In this document: positions 36,600 to 46,330 of the stretch, one piece after another | Numbering within the stretch: the stretch's first letter is position 1 | Layout of the letters: every line of letters starts with the position of its first letter | DNA from: an uncultured Nitrospiraceae bacterium | GTDB lineage: Bacteria; Nitrospirota; Thermodesulfovibrionia; Thermodesulfovibrionales; Dissulfurispiraceae | Reading direction: 5' to 3' | DNA length: 64,000 nt | NCBI GenBank assembly: GCA_963727805.1 | Contig: CAVSHF010000003.1 | Location: forward strand, 1,344,001 to 1,408,000 | Notes under the pieces: generated by a model | Seen by the model: the letters and a program-made list of their open reading frames with translations, nothing else | The model's database searches: none | Told to the model about the DNA's origin: nothing | Program-made: the position numbers and the translations under genes

Positions 36600-36800
36600 C
36601 AGAATTTCCTCCTTAGTGACGATATCAACATACGATGCAGCAGTCATTTATTATACCCCATCTCCCGGGAAGTTCATAATTTTGATTGCCGCCCTCTTTA
36701 CCCTTCTATGAAGGGAGGGAATAAGATAATCTGTTATTCATCGGTGGAGAGGACTGGGGTAGCGTCTCTTTTCGGCTCAATGCAAGACGAGTAAACTCTC

Positions 36801-37907
36801 TTACAGATACTTTCTTTTTGCCCTGCTACCCAGAGAGGTGAGAATTTCGTAGGGGATGGTCCCGATTCTTCGGGCAAGATCATCAGCGCCGATCGATTCA
36901 GAACCCTGTCTACCCATAATGATAGCTTCATCGCATTCAGTGACGTCTTCGACATCGGTCAGATCAATCATGGTAAGGTCCATACAGACCCTGCCCACGA
37001 CTGGTGCACGTTTACCTCTCACAAGGACTTCGGCATTATTCGAGAACCTCGTGCTAAACCCATCAGCATAACCGACGGCGATAACTCCAATCAGGCTCTC
37101 TCGCTTGGTAACAAAGGTCCTCGCATAGCTGATGGGCGTGCCAGCGCCAAGTCGCCTGAGAGAAATGAATCTCGCCTTCACTGTCATGACCGGAACAAGG
37201 TCCGGCTTCAGACTACTGGCTTTCGAGTTCTGCAGAGGCGAGTAGCCATACAGCATTATTCCCGGTCGAACAGCGTCGAGGTGAGATTCAGGGATGCTTA
37301 GCACCGCCGCGCTGTTGGCGATATGAAATAATTTTATCTCAAGTCCGTTTTGAAACAACTCAGCTCTCAAATTAGTGAAGGAATCAATCTGGAGCTTCGC
37401 GAAAGAAGGGTCCGCAAGATCAGCCTCGGAGAAATGGCTCATAATCCCTTCGATACTGATACCCTTACTGGTTGCAATATCAAGAATAGCCCTTGCGGGG
37501 TGATCGGCGAGTCCGAGCCTTCCCATGCCAGTGTCAACCTTGATATGGACAGGAATTCTGACTCCCCTCTTCTCGGTCTCCTTGGCTATGCAGTGTGCCG
37601 ATCTTATATCGCTCAGCACAGGGATAAGGTTATATTTCAGAACATCATCGATATCGGGATCGAAGAGGACAAGAATAGGGGCCTTAATTCCCGCTTCGCG
37701 CAGCTTTCGGGCCTCTTCGGTAAATGCCACCGCAAGGTAGTCTGCGCCGGCCCGGACAAGCGTCCTCGAAACCTCAATGGCACCATGACCGTAAGCATCG
37801 GCCTTGACGATCGCGATGACTGCTCCATTGCGGGAAAATGCCTTAACCGCATGGAGGTTTTCGGAGACTGCACCCAGATCTATTTCTGCTACAACGCCCC
37901 TGTGCAT
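36801..37907 (-). CDS. alr: Alanine racemase
   Basis: IVKADAYGHG, HIKVDTGMGRLG, VGYADG, GRVCMD, TIPYE. Confidence 0.97.
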   Translation of the reverse strand: MHRGVVAEIDLGAVSENLHAVKAFSRNGAVIAIVKADAYGHGAIEVSRTLVRAGADYLAVAFTEEARKLREAGIKAPILVLFDPDIDDVLKYNLIPVLSDIRSAHCIAKETEKRGVRIPVHIKVDTGMGRLGLADHPARAILDIATSKGISIEGIMSHFSEADLADPSFAKLQIDSFTNLRAELFQNGLEIKLFHIANSAAVLSIPESHLDAVRPGIMLYGYSPLQNSKASSLKPDLVPVMTVKARFISLRRLGAGTPISYARTFVTKRESLIGVIAVGYADGFSTRFSNNAEVLVRGKRAPVVGRVCMDLTMIDLTDVEDVTECDEAIIMGRQGSESIGADDLARRIGTIPYEILTSLGSRAKRKYL

Positions 37908-37922
37908 ACTTATGACTGCATC

Positions 37923-38123
37923 CTATTTCTTTTCTTCTTCCTTGGCCTTATCGACTGGCTTCTTTGGTGTTACATCTACTTCGTCCGGCTCATTAACTGC
38001 CTTTTTGAAATTCCTGATCGCCTCGCCGATGCCTTTTCCAATCTGTGGCAGTCGCGCACCGCCGTAGAGAACCACGACGATGCCAAGTATGATTAACAGT
38101 TCCTGCGTTCCGAGACCAAACAT
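37923..38123 (-). CDS. tatA: Twin-arginine translocase TatA
   Basis: MFGLGTQELLIIL...G..RLP.IGKGIG.AIRNFK. Confidence 0.94.
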   Translation of the reverse strand: MFGLGTQELLIILGIVVVLYGGARLPQIGKGIGEAIRNFKKAVNEPDEVDVTPKKPVDKAKEEEKK

Positions 38124-38189
38124 GTATAACCTCCTCTCTCCTCGATAATTCCAATCCCCAGAAACTAAACAGCGACTATCCTTTGTGTG

Positions 38190-38846
38190 TCAGAGCCTGC
38201 CTTTACTGCCTATTATAATTTCATAATCGTCCACCGTATTGATATTAACAAAGGACTTACCCTCCGGATCCACCAGCCTCACGTCTGTCTCATCAACAAA
38301 ATACACCCTTATTTCCTTCAAAAACTGTCTGAGTGACACTTTATCATTGAGAATCCCTTGTTCGAGGGCTGGAAGGACTGTGTTACAGTACACCCCCAAA
38401 AGAGGCTGGGGTTCACTGTTGAAGACCGGAACCACCCCATCAATATGACCTCTATGTGATTGCTCGTTGTATTTTTCGCAAACAAGACGTATGACCCTGG
38501 CATCAAGAAAAGGCATGTCGCAAGCACTCACAAAAATTGATGGATCACGGGAATTAATCAATGAGGTATAAATACCGGCCATGGGCCCCCGGGACGGCAA
38601 CATGTCTCCTACTAACGGTACCCCGAGATAGAAATATGCTTCGGGCATGTTTGTGCTTATCAGAACATCCCGGAACAGCGTTCTCATCAGTGCGAGGTCT
38701 CTCTCAATGATGGGAATGCCTTTTATTCTAATAAATCCCTTTTGGATCGGAAATCTCGTGTTCTGACCACCGGCAAGAATTACGCCGGTAATTCCCTTTA
38801 TCTTTTGATTCTCCGCTCTGTCCATTGTTACTTCTGTTGCTATCAC
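38190..38846 (-). CDS. mobA: Molybdenum cofactor guanylyltransferase
   Basis: VILAGG...RF, GPMAGI, ACDMPF, FVNINT. Confidence 0.92.
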   Translation of the reverse strand: MIATEVTMDRAENQKIKGITGVILAGGQNTRFPIQKGFIRIKGIPIIERDLALMRTLFRDVLISTNMPEAYFYLGVPLVGDMLPSRGPMAGIYTSLINSRDPSIFVSACDMPFLDARVIRLVCEKYNEQSHRGHIDGVVPVFNSEPQPLLGVYCNTVLPALEQGILNDKVSLRQFLKEIRVYFVDETDVRLVDPEGKSFVNINTVDDYEIIIGSKGRL

Positions 38847-39646
38847 TTGATGATGATCCCGGCATACCCAACGACACGGTCAAAATCACCGCTCACCTCT
38901 CCAGAGGTCGAATATTTGATCAGCCTTGCTCCGCCAGCGCCTAATCCAAGAGCCGCATAGAGCATGACAGTCGCTGGAATGAAGCCGCACATGGATATCC
39001 CCTCCCTCAGGACGATGGAATAGAGGCCTTCGGGGTTAAGGTCGAGCACTTCTTTCATAGCGAGATTGTCAAGCTTCCGTGCAACTGCGTCTGGTTCGTA
39101 ATGGCTCATGTCCGAGCTCGCTACGATCACTACATCGTATTGGGCCTCTCTTACTGCCTCGGCGATTCCCTTACCCGCTGCAGCACACTCTTCGAGCGAA
39201 GCCCGCATTATCGAAATCGGCAGGATACGACACTCGTCAGAAAAGTAGGCTATAAAAGGAAGCTGCACTTCGAGGGAATGCTCGTATTTATGGGCCTGCG
39301 TGTCTTCAACGATGAGGGGAACCTTTTCTTTTATCCTACGTCCTAGTTCCTCGTCTACTTCAAAAGTCGCCGACGGGATTTCCCATTCACCCGAACTCAT
39401 TATGGACAAGGGGGCACCAAGCCCCGTATGATTGGGGCCAAGAAGTATGAAAGTCTTGGGAAAGCGTATTGCAGAGTAGACTGCACCTGCCACAGGCCCA
39501 GAATACATGAGGCCCGCATGCGGTGAGAGTATGGCGATTGCCTTTTCTCGCTCAGTATTTTTAATAATATATTGCCCGACTTGGTTCTTAAGCCGTACGG
39601 CATTCGCATCATAGAACTGCCCGGCAACCGCCGGCAACCGCTTCAT
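38843..39646 (-). CDS. amrB: AmmeMemoRadiSam system protein B (MEMO1 family)
   Basis: R.PAVAGQFY, PHAG.MYSG, GPNHTG, EHSLEVQLPF, SSDMSHY, MCG, VVGY. Confidence 0.93.
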   Translation of the reverse strand: MKRLPAVAGQFYDANAVRLKNQVGQYIIKNTEREKAIAILSPHAGLMYSGPVAGAVYSAIRFPKTFILLGPNHTGLGAPLSIMSSGEWEIPSATFEVDEELGRRIKEKVPLIVEDTQAHKYEHSLEVQLPFIAYFSDECRILPISIMRASLEECAAAGKGIAEAVREAQYDVVIVASSDMSHYEPDAVARKLDNLAMKEVLDLNPEGLYSIVLREGISMCGFIPATVMLYAALGLGAGGARLIKYSTSGEVSGDFDRVVGYAGIIIK

Positions 39647-41016
39647 CAGTAAACCTCGACTTCCTGCTCGTAAGTCAGACCGGAATGGTCGTGAAACTTC
39701 GTACACGCAGCTTCAAATGAGAGTTTCACCGTACCTGTCGGGCCGTTTCTCTGCTTGGCAACATGGATTTCTGCCGTACCCCGGTTATTCGGACTGTTTT
39801 TATTGTAGACCTCGTCCCGGTAAAGAAAGATAATCACGTCGGCATCCTGCTCGATGGCGCCTGATTCCCTAAGGTCAGCGAGGGTCGGTATCTTTTCATG
39901 CCTCGATTCGACGCTGCGGTTGAGTTGGCTGAGGGCGATCACAGGTACTCTTAGTTCCTTGGCGAGCGCCTTGAGAGACCGCGATATCTCGGATATCTCC
40001 TGCTCGCGTCTCTCAAAATTTCCCCGGCTTCTCATCAGCTGGAGATAGTCGACCACTACAAGGCCGATCCCTCCGTGCTCCATCTTGAGTCTCCGGGCCT
40101 TTGCGCGTATTTCAAGGACTGTAAGGGCGGAAGAGTCATCTATGAAAATGGGGGCATCGGCGAGCCTCCCCGCTGCGCTGGTGAGTTTCGGCCAGTCCTC
40201 CTTCCCGATGAATCCCTTTCTCACACGGGCGGAATCGACCATACTCTCTGAGCAGAGCATTCTCATAACGAGCTGTTCCTTCGACATTTCGAGACTGAAT
40301 ATCGCAACAGGCTCCTTCATATGCATGGCTGTATGCTGCGCTATGTTGAGGGCAAAAGCAGTCTTTCCCATACCGGGCCTGCCGCCTATAATGATCAGGT
40401 CGCTCGGCTGAAAGCCTGAGGTGAGTTCGTCGAGGTCTTTGAACCCCGAGGCGACACCGGTAATGGCCTCTTTTTTGTCATAGAGATGCTCGATCATCTT
40501 AAAGGTGTCTTTGATGACATCCTTCATGCTCGCAAAAGAGGTCTTCGTCCTCTGTTCCGCGATTTCGAAGATCATTCTTTCAGCATTGTCAACAATCTCA
40601 TCAGCATCGGAACTGTTTTCATAGACCCTTGCAGTGATATTCGTAGCAGTCCTGATAAGGTTGCGCAACAGGGCCTTTTCCCTCACGATTCTGGCATGAT
40701 ACTTGATATTTGCTGAGGTTGGGACGCTATCTGCGAGTGTGGAAAGATAGGAAACCCCTCCGACAGTGTCGAGATCGCCGCTCTTCCGCAAGTAATCCGC
40801 AACGGTGACAATATCGACAGGCTCGTTCTTTTCGAAGAGGTCAAGGATAGCCCGGTAAAGCCGCCGGTGCGACTCCCGGTAAAAGTCATCCTGCTCAAGT
40901 ATCTCAAGCGACTTCGGCAAGGCCTCGTTGTCGAGGATAATGGCACCGAGCACCGCCTGCTCCGCCTCGATGTTCTGAGGAGGCAGCTTATCGATTGTCA
41001 GGTCCGCTTGTTTCAC
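39646..41016 (-). CDS. dnaB: Replicative DNA helicase
   Basis: PPQNIEAEQ, GRPGMGKT, FSLEM, VDYLQL, LSQLNR, DLRESGAIEQDAD, KQRNGP. Confidence 0.98.
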   Translation of the reverse strand: MKQADLTIDKLPPQNIEAEQAVLGAIILDNEALPKSLEILEQDDFYRESHRRLYRAILDLFEKNEPVDIVTVADYLRKSGDLDTVGGVSYLSTLADSVPTSANIKYHARIVREKALLRNLIRTATNITARVYENSSDADEIVDNAERMIFEIAEQRTKTSFASMKDVIKDTFKMIEHLYDKKEAITGVASGFKDLDELTSGFQPSDLIIIGGRPGMGKTAFALNIAQHTAMHMKEPVAIFSLEMSKEQLVMRMLCSESMVDSARVRKGFIGKEDWPKLTSAAGRLADAPIFIDDSSALTVLEIRAKARRLKMEHGGIGLVVVDYLQLMRSRGNFERREQEISEISRSLKALAKELRVPVIALSQLNRSVESRHEKIPTLADLRESGAIEQDADVIIFLYRDEVYNKNSPNNRGTAEIHVAKQRNGPTGTVKLSFEAACTKFHDHSGLTYEQEVEVY

Positions 41017-41059
41017 TTCAAGATACCGGAATCAGTTTTAAATAAATACGTCAACTGCC

Positions 41060-41503
41060 CTATTCGGGCACCACCTGCACGTTAAGCTGGGCAGAAACTT
41101 CCGAATGAAGCTTTATCGCTACCGTGTATTCGCCAATTCTCTTGATTGGTTCGTCGAGTTGGATCTTTTTCTTGTCGATTTCGATCCCTTCGGCCTTGAG
41201 AGCATCGGCGATGTCCATGGAAGTCACTGAACCAAAAAGCTTATCTTCCTCTCCAGCCTTGGCCTTTATGGTTATTTTCGCCGCGGAGATCTTCTCCGCA
41301 AGTCCTGCGGCTCCAGACTTCACCTTCCTGGCCATCTCATGTATCTTCTTCTTTTCATGTTCGAATACCTTAACATTCTTCGTACTTGCCTCTACAGCAA
41401 GCCCTTGAGGGACCAAAAAGTTCCTTGCAAAGCCATCCTTTACATTAACGACCTCGCCGACATGGCCAAGGTCTTTCACATCAGTCTTGAGAATAACCTT
41501 CAT
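41060..41503 (-). CDS. rplI: 50S ribosomal protein L9
   Basis: MKVIL..DV..LG..G..V.VKDGFARNFL, KLFGSVT. Confidence 0.97.
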   Translation of the reverse strand: MKVILKTDVKDLGHVGEVVNVKDGFARNFLVPQGLAVEASTKNVKVFEHEKKKIHEMARKVKSGAAGLAEKISAAKITIKAKAGEEDKLFGSVTSMDIADALKAEGIEIDKKKIQLDEPIKRIGEYTVAIKLHSEVSAQLNVQVVPE

Positions 41504-41616
41504 ATAAAGCTCTCCTTACAATGATTGATTTTCGATGAATGTAATAGTATACCTAATTGCTTCATGAAATGTTAATATAGGGACTATTAATACTTTAAGG
41601 TCCAGCAGGACCGAGA

Positions 41617-43413
41617 TTACATCAGGCTTTTTTTGCAGAAAAAATGCCGCAGATTCCCATTGTAATCGCCTGATATGATATCAAAAACCCCATTGTTCAA
41701 CGAAACAAATGGCGAACTGTGCTCGTTCATGCGGATATGGGACAGCAGACCAGTTTCTTGGAACCTGAGCGACTGGTAGTCAAGAGAAGCGCCTCCGATA
41801 TCGGCCTTGAAGGTCCGTATCCTGCCATCCTGCTGCCCAACAAAAAGGTAGACAGCCTGATCGTCTTTGACAACTGTTGGCGCGGAAAAACCGTTGACCT
41901 TTATATCGTTCAAGCCCCCTTCGATCCGTTCCCAGACAGGAAGCCCTTTTTTCATTTCTTTTATATGGTACACATAGACTCGACCGTCGGCGGCGCCGGA
42001 GATGAGTTGCCATTCCCCGTCTCCGTTGAGGTCAAATGCCACTGGGGTACTGTGTTCCTTTATATGTACCCCCTGAAAGAAACGCTCCCTCTCTTTCCAG
42101 GCCACTTTTTTCGTGCCAGTGTCGATAAAAGCACGAACATTTCCATTCCCCTGTCCCGTAACAAGCATGCTCTTCCCATCCCAACTGGTAAGTATTCCGC
42201 GAGAAAAGCCCTGTACCTTTATGCCGCTGAAATATCCGGGTCTCTCAATCCATGGGATGCCATGGTCAGCATTGGTATGCTCGAAAAGCCTGAGGGTCCC
42301 GTCCATGTTGCCTATCACCATATATGTCTTGGACCCAACACATGAAAGAGTTGGGGTGCAAACAGGACCTGCAAAAATCCTGTTGTTGAAGAGGCCCTCA
42401 TTTTTTCTTAGGGACGTAAAGTCACCTTTCGCGTTTTCATAATAGGAGAGCACCCCGTCGCCATCGGCCACAACAAGGTCAATTCTACCCCTATCCAAAA
42501 GACTCGCGAAAGCCGGCGATGCAAAGGTCTTTGACGTGACCGCGACTTTGATCTGCCTGGCAGAAAGTCTGCCTCCGTTCTTTCTTATCTCAAACAGAAA
42601 GAGTTTCCCCATACTGTTGCCTATAGCAAGAAATACTTTATCGCCGATTTTTTTTGCCGTTGGTACCGCATACATTCCGAAGTTGGCTTTGATAGGAGGG
42701 TTTGCATCTTTTATGAATTTCAAATCACGACCGGTTGAGACATTTTTGAAAAAAAATATCTTCCCTTCTGAATTGCATGCAATGATGTCGGGCTTACCGT
42801 CGAAATCGTAATCGGCTACTGTCACCGCCGCATCGTTTCCGATCGCGATGGAGAGGTCGTTAATCCTCTTCCACGAAGGATTGGTTACGCTTCCCTCGTT
42901 TCTGAAAAAGAACAGCTTTCCCGAATCCGAAGAGAATCCCCCCGTGCCGATAATGAGTTCAGCCTTGCCGTCTCCGTCCAGGTCCGCAAGGGCGGGAGAC
43001 GAAAAGGCACCTGCCTTTACGCCATCAAAGTATCCGAAGGTCTGTTGCCACGGGCGCACAAGGGGTTCTCCGGAATTTTTATACCGATAGACATACCCGT
43101 TTTTGTTGCCGACGACCATGTCCTGCATTCCATCACCATCAATATCAATGAAATTAATTCTCATAAAAGGCATATTCTCAATACCGCTTCTGTTGATGCT
43201 CGTCGTCGTATCCTCTTCGCACGGTTGTTCCTTCGGGGCAACCGGTTCTCTGACCTCAGGATGATAGACAACTTCAGGAAGTGGTTTTTCCGAAAGGATC
43301 TTTTTTTCAGGCGGTGGAACATAGACGTTCTCTTTTTGCGTGGCACATGAGGAAACAATGATGGCGAAAAAAAGGAATGCGGATTTAAGAAAACGAAGAA
43401 ATAGGTTATTCAC
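41617..43413 (-). CDS. FG-GAP/VCBS-repeat beta-propeller lipoprotein
   Basis: Lipobox VSSC; repeated DIDGDG.QD, DLDGDGKAE, DYDFDGKPD, DLNGDG Ca-binding loops. Confidence 0.82.
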   Translation of the reverse strand: MNNLFLRFLKSAFLFFAIIVSSCATQKENVYVPPPEKKILSEKPLPEVVYHPEVREPVAPKEQPCEEDTTTSINRSGIENMPFMRINFIDIDGDGMQDMVVGNKNGYVYRYKNSGEPLVRPWQQTFGYFDGVKAGAFSSPALADLDGDGKAELIIGTGGFSSDSGKLFFFRNEGSVTNPSWKRINDLSIAIGNDAAVTVADYDFDGKPDIIACNSEGKIFFFKNVSTGRDLKFIKDANPPIKANFGMYAVPTAKKIGDKVFLAIGNSMGKLFLFEIRKNGGRLSARQIKVAVTSKTFASPAFASLLDRGRIDLVVADGDGVLSYYENAKGDFTSLRKNEGLFNNRIFAGPVCTPTLSCVGSKTYMVIGNMDGTLRLFEHTNADHGIPWIERPGYFSGIKVQGFSRGILTSWDGKSMLVTGQGNGNVRAFIDTGTKKVAWKERERFFQGVHIKEHSTPVAFDLNGDGEWQLISGAADGRVYVYHIKEMKKGLPVWERIEGGLNDIKVNGFSAPTVVKDDQAVYLFVGQQDGRIRTFKADIGGASLDYQSLRFQETGLLSHIRMNEHSSPFVSLNNGVFDIISGDYNGNLRHFFCKKSLM

Positions 43414-43435
43414 AACAAGCTACCTGCCTCTGCAT

Positions 43436-43467
43436 AAAAAATAAGGGGCGGGAGGACATCCCACCCC
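43436..43467 (-). terminator. Intrinsic terminator after the OmpA-family gene
   Basis: GGGGTGGGA-TGTCC-TCCCGCCCC followed by TTATTTTT. Confidence 0.7.
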
Positions 43468-43500
43468 TACCGTTAAACCTATTATACCTTATTTTATACC

Positions 43501-44280
43501 TTATTTTACGACGATCTCGAAATGGACCCTCCTGTTGGATTTCATGCATTCATCGTTCTTATTCTTGGGGGTCGGATTCTCCTCGCACAAAGGCCTCGTT
43601 TTACCGTATGCGATTGTAGTCATCCGTGACTCGTCAATGCCGCCTTCTTTCGCAAGGAATTCCTTCACGGCACCGGCCCTTCTCTCGCTGAGCCTCATGT
43701 TGTAATCATCGGCTCCATGCTGACAAGTATTGCCCTCTATCCTGACCGAAGTCCCAGGATTAGCCTTCAGGGTCTCAATATTCTTTTTGAGTATACCTTG
43801 AGCCTCAGAAGTGAGAGTTGCCTTGTCGAAATCGAAATGTACATCATCGAGAATTATAGGCTTGGGCTCCACTTTCGCAGCAGCTGGCAGTACTTCTTTT
43901 TTCGGCTCCGGTGCGGGCACAGTGACAGGAGCAGGGACCGGCGGAACCGGTTTCAGCGGGCAGAGTGCCTTAATTTTGTCCATCGCTTCCCTAGCCATAT
44001 CTATAGCTTCCTGCGTATGGCATGCCATATAGGCCTCATATGCCTTATCTACCATATCTTTTGCCGCATTAAATTCTGCCGGACATTCCTTATCTTTGCC
44101 CGCCGTGCGAGCCTGATCCAGCGCTCGATCTGCGTTGACTAATTCCGAGGGATAGTACAAATATCCGGATCTGTATTCGGGTCTCTTCTCCATATTGGCG
44201 CATCCGACCAGCAAAAAGACAGAAAGAATAAGCATAAACACAAATAGGACTCTTCTTAAAACAATCTCATTCATATACAT
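43501..44280 (-). CDS. OmpA-family peptidoglycan-binding lipoprotein
   Basis: Lipobox LVGC; helical N-domain; Pro-rich linker; VHFDFDK, YNMRLSERRA, NRRV. Confidence 0.9.
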   Translation of the reverse strand: MYMNEIVLRRVLFVFMLILSVFLLVGCANMEKRPEYRSGYLYYPSELVNADRALDQARTAGKDKECPAEFNAAKDMVDKAYEAYMACHTQEAIDMAREAMDKIKALCPLKPVPPVPAPVTVPAPEPKKEVLPAAAKVEPKPIILDDVHFDFDKATLTSEAQGILKKNIETLKANPGTSVRIEGNTCQHGADDYNMRLSERRAGAVKEFLAKEGGIDESRMTTIAYGKTRPLCEENPTPKNKNDECMKSNRRVHFEIVVK

Positions 44281-44624
44281 ACCTCCGTTTCTTTAGTTTT
44301 CAAAACAATCACAATCAGCCGCGAAACAAAACTTGATATAACCTCCTTTCTTGTCAAATAGGTTGAGTATCCTCAGGAGCACTGGCTCCTTCAGAAAATC
44401 CGTTTGCAAACCATCACTTCGACTCCTCCTTATCGTTTAAATCACAAATTTTATTATCACCCTCCGTTTGACCCAAACGCACCCTACATACAAGATATCA
44501 AATTTGAAGGTCTCTTACAATTCTTTCCTCTAGCGCGGTTATTGTTTTAAGCATTATTATTGAACCATTCTGAAGCAGTAGATAATTCTGAGATCATTTT
44601 CCTCCCTTCACGCAGAAGGGATTA

Positions 44625-45437
44625 TCATCCGCTCCTCTGCCGCACCGCTTCATAGAGACATACGGCTGCGGCAATGGCTACGTTCAAACTCTCCGCCTTG
44701 CCCGGAATCGGTATTTTTACAGACTCTATTGTCTTCGATCTCAGGACTTCGCTAACGCCGCGAGATTCGTTGCCGAAAACAAAAGCAACAGGTTTGCTTA
44801 AATCGCTCTCATAAAGAGACCTCCGAGCCCGAATATCGGTAACGATCAGATCAAGCGTCTTTAAAGCGACGTACTCGAGAAACTCGGAATATCCGCATAT
44901 TATTACGGGAATATTGAATATGCTGCCGGCCGTCGCCCTCACTGTTTTTGGAGACAAGGGGTCGCACGTTCCCGGTAGCATAACGACAGCGTCAGCGCCT
45001 GCGGCATCGGCAACTCTGATGATAGTCCCCAGGTTGCCGGGATCCTGAATGCCGTCGCACGCCGCAATAAGTGACTTCCCTGACACAACCAGCTCGCGAA
45101 ACTTGCACGGATTATGAGCAACAAGTGCGACAATACCCTGCGAGGATTCGGTGTCGGATATCCGTAACATAATCTCATCCGGAACCTCCACACGCACTTC
45201 GGGGGGCGACTGCATAACGGCCAGTTGAGTAAGAAGCATTTTCCCCTCTTCCTTGCGCATAAAGGTCTCAGTATGGAAGACCTCTTTGATCAGGATAGAG
45301 GCCGAAGCCGCCATTCCGACAAGATGAGGCCCCTCCACGAGAAACAGCTCTTCAGCTGAGCCTAGTTTCCTCTTCTTTACTTCGATCGCTTTCCTGATGA
45401 GCGGATTTGAAAGACTCGTGATTCTCTTGTATCTCAT
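44625..45437 (-). CDS. TrmH/SpoU-family RNA methyltransferase
   Basis: IQDPGNLGTIIR, FGNESRG, ESLNVA. Confidence 0.93.
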   Translation of the reverse strand: MRYKRITSLSNPLIRKAIEVKKRKLGSAEELFLVEGPHLVGMAASASILIKEVFHTETFMRKEEGKMLLTQLAVMQSPPEVRVEVPDEIMLRISDTESSQGIVALVAHNPCKFRELVVSGKSLIAACDGIQDPGNLGTIIRVADAAGADAVVMLPGTCDPLSPKTVRATAGSIFNIPVIICGYSEFLEYVALKTLDLIVTDIRARRSLYESDLSKPVAFVFGNESRGVSEVLRSKTIESVKIPIPGKAESLNVAIAAAVCLYEAVRQRSG

Positions 45438-45483
45438 TTTGAATTCCTTTCATCGTGATTATAAGTCTTGGGCGAAGTGATAG

Positions 45484-46320
45484 TTATAAAGTCACTTTGA
45501 ACGGTGACGGGACAAAGGTGATGATAAAGATGATCAAAGCGATGAAGCCTATTGTTTTTCTTCGCCTGTCGAGCGGCAACTCCCAGTAGAGTACCGGCGG
45601 ATGCTTTATTCCCAGGAGTAGCATCAGACCCGCCCAGAAAGCCCATCCCTCCCAGAAGAATATTCCCATAACCACAAGGATGACAATGAGGACGATGGAT
45701 ACATTTTTATGCTTGTCACCGAAAAGTGCGAAGGCAATATGTCCACCGTCGAGCTGTCCCACAGGAATGAGGTTGAGAGATGTTACGAAGAGACCAATCC
45801 ACCCTGCAAAGGCAACCGGATGCAACAGGATCTCTGCATTGTCGGGAGTGATACCAAGGATAACCCTTGAAAGACATGAGAACAAAAGAGAATCTCCGAG
45901 AGTGAGCACTCCCTCTGAAGTGGAAATTGTTACAACTGTTGACATACCAAGACCCGCAATGCAGGCAAATACAGAAACGACAAATCCCGCGAGAGGCCCT
46001 GATGCACCGATATCGATGAGAGCCCTCCGCGTGACAATAGGGGACTTCATCTTAATAAAAGCACCGAATGTACCAAAAAATGTGGGCGCCGGAATGAAAT
46101 AAGGCAGTGTCGCAATCGTATGATGTTTCTTTGCTGCGAGGTAATGAGACAGCTCATGGATCAGGAGTATCGTCATCAAAGTAACTGCAAAGGGGAACCC
46201 TTCGATGATGCGTTGAGGTTCTTGCAGAATATTGATACCCTTCTGAAGAGCGCCCGCAGCAAGCGTCGTCAGAAATGTGATAATGAAGAGTATCAGATGG
46301 AGTATGGGAATCTTTTTCAT
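45484..46320 (-). CDS. Site-2 protease (M50) family
   Basis: HELSH, GASGPLAG, NLIPVGQLDGGH. Confidence 0.93.
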   Translation of the reverse strand: MKKIPILHLILFIITFLTTLAAGALQKGINILQEPQRIIEGFPFAVTLMTILLIHELSHYLAAKKHHTIATLPYFIPAPTFFGTFGAFIKMKSPIVTRRALIDIGASGPLAGFVVSVFACIAGLGMSTVVTISTSEGVLTLGDSLLFSCLSRVILGITPDNAEILLHPVAFAGWIGLFVTSLNLIPVGQLDGGHIAFALFGDKHKNVSIVLIVILVVMGIFFWEGWAFWAGLMLLLGIKHPPVLYWELPLDRRRKTIGFIALIIFIITFVPSPFKVTL

Positions 46321-46330
46321 TTAGGGACCG

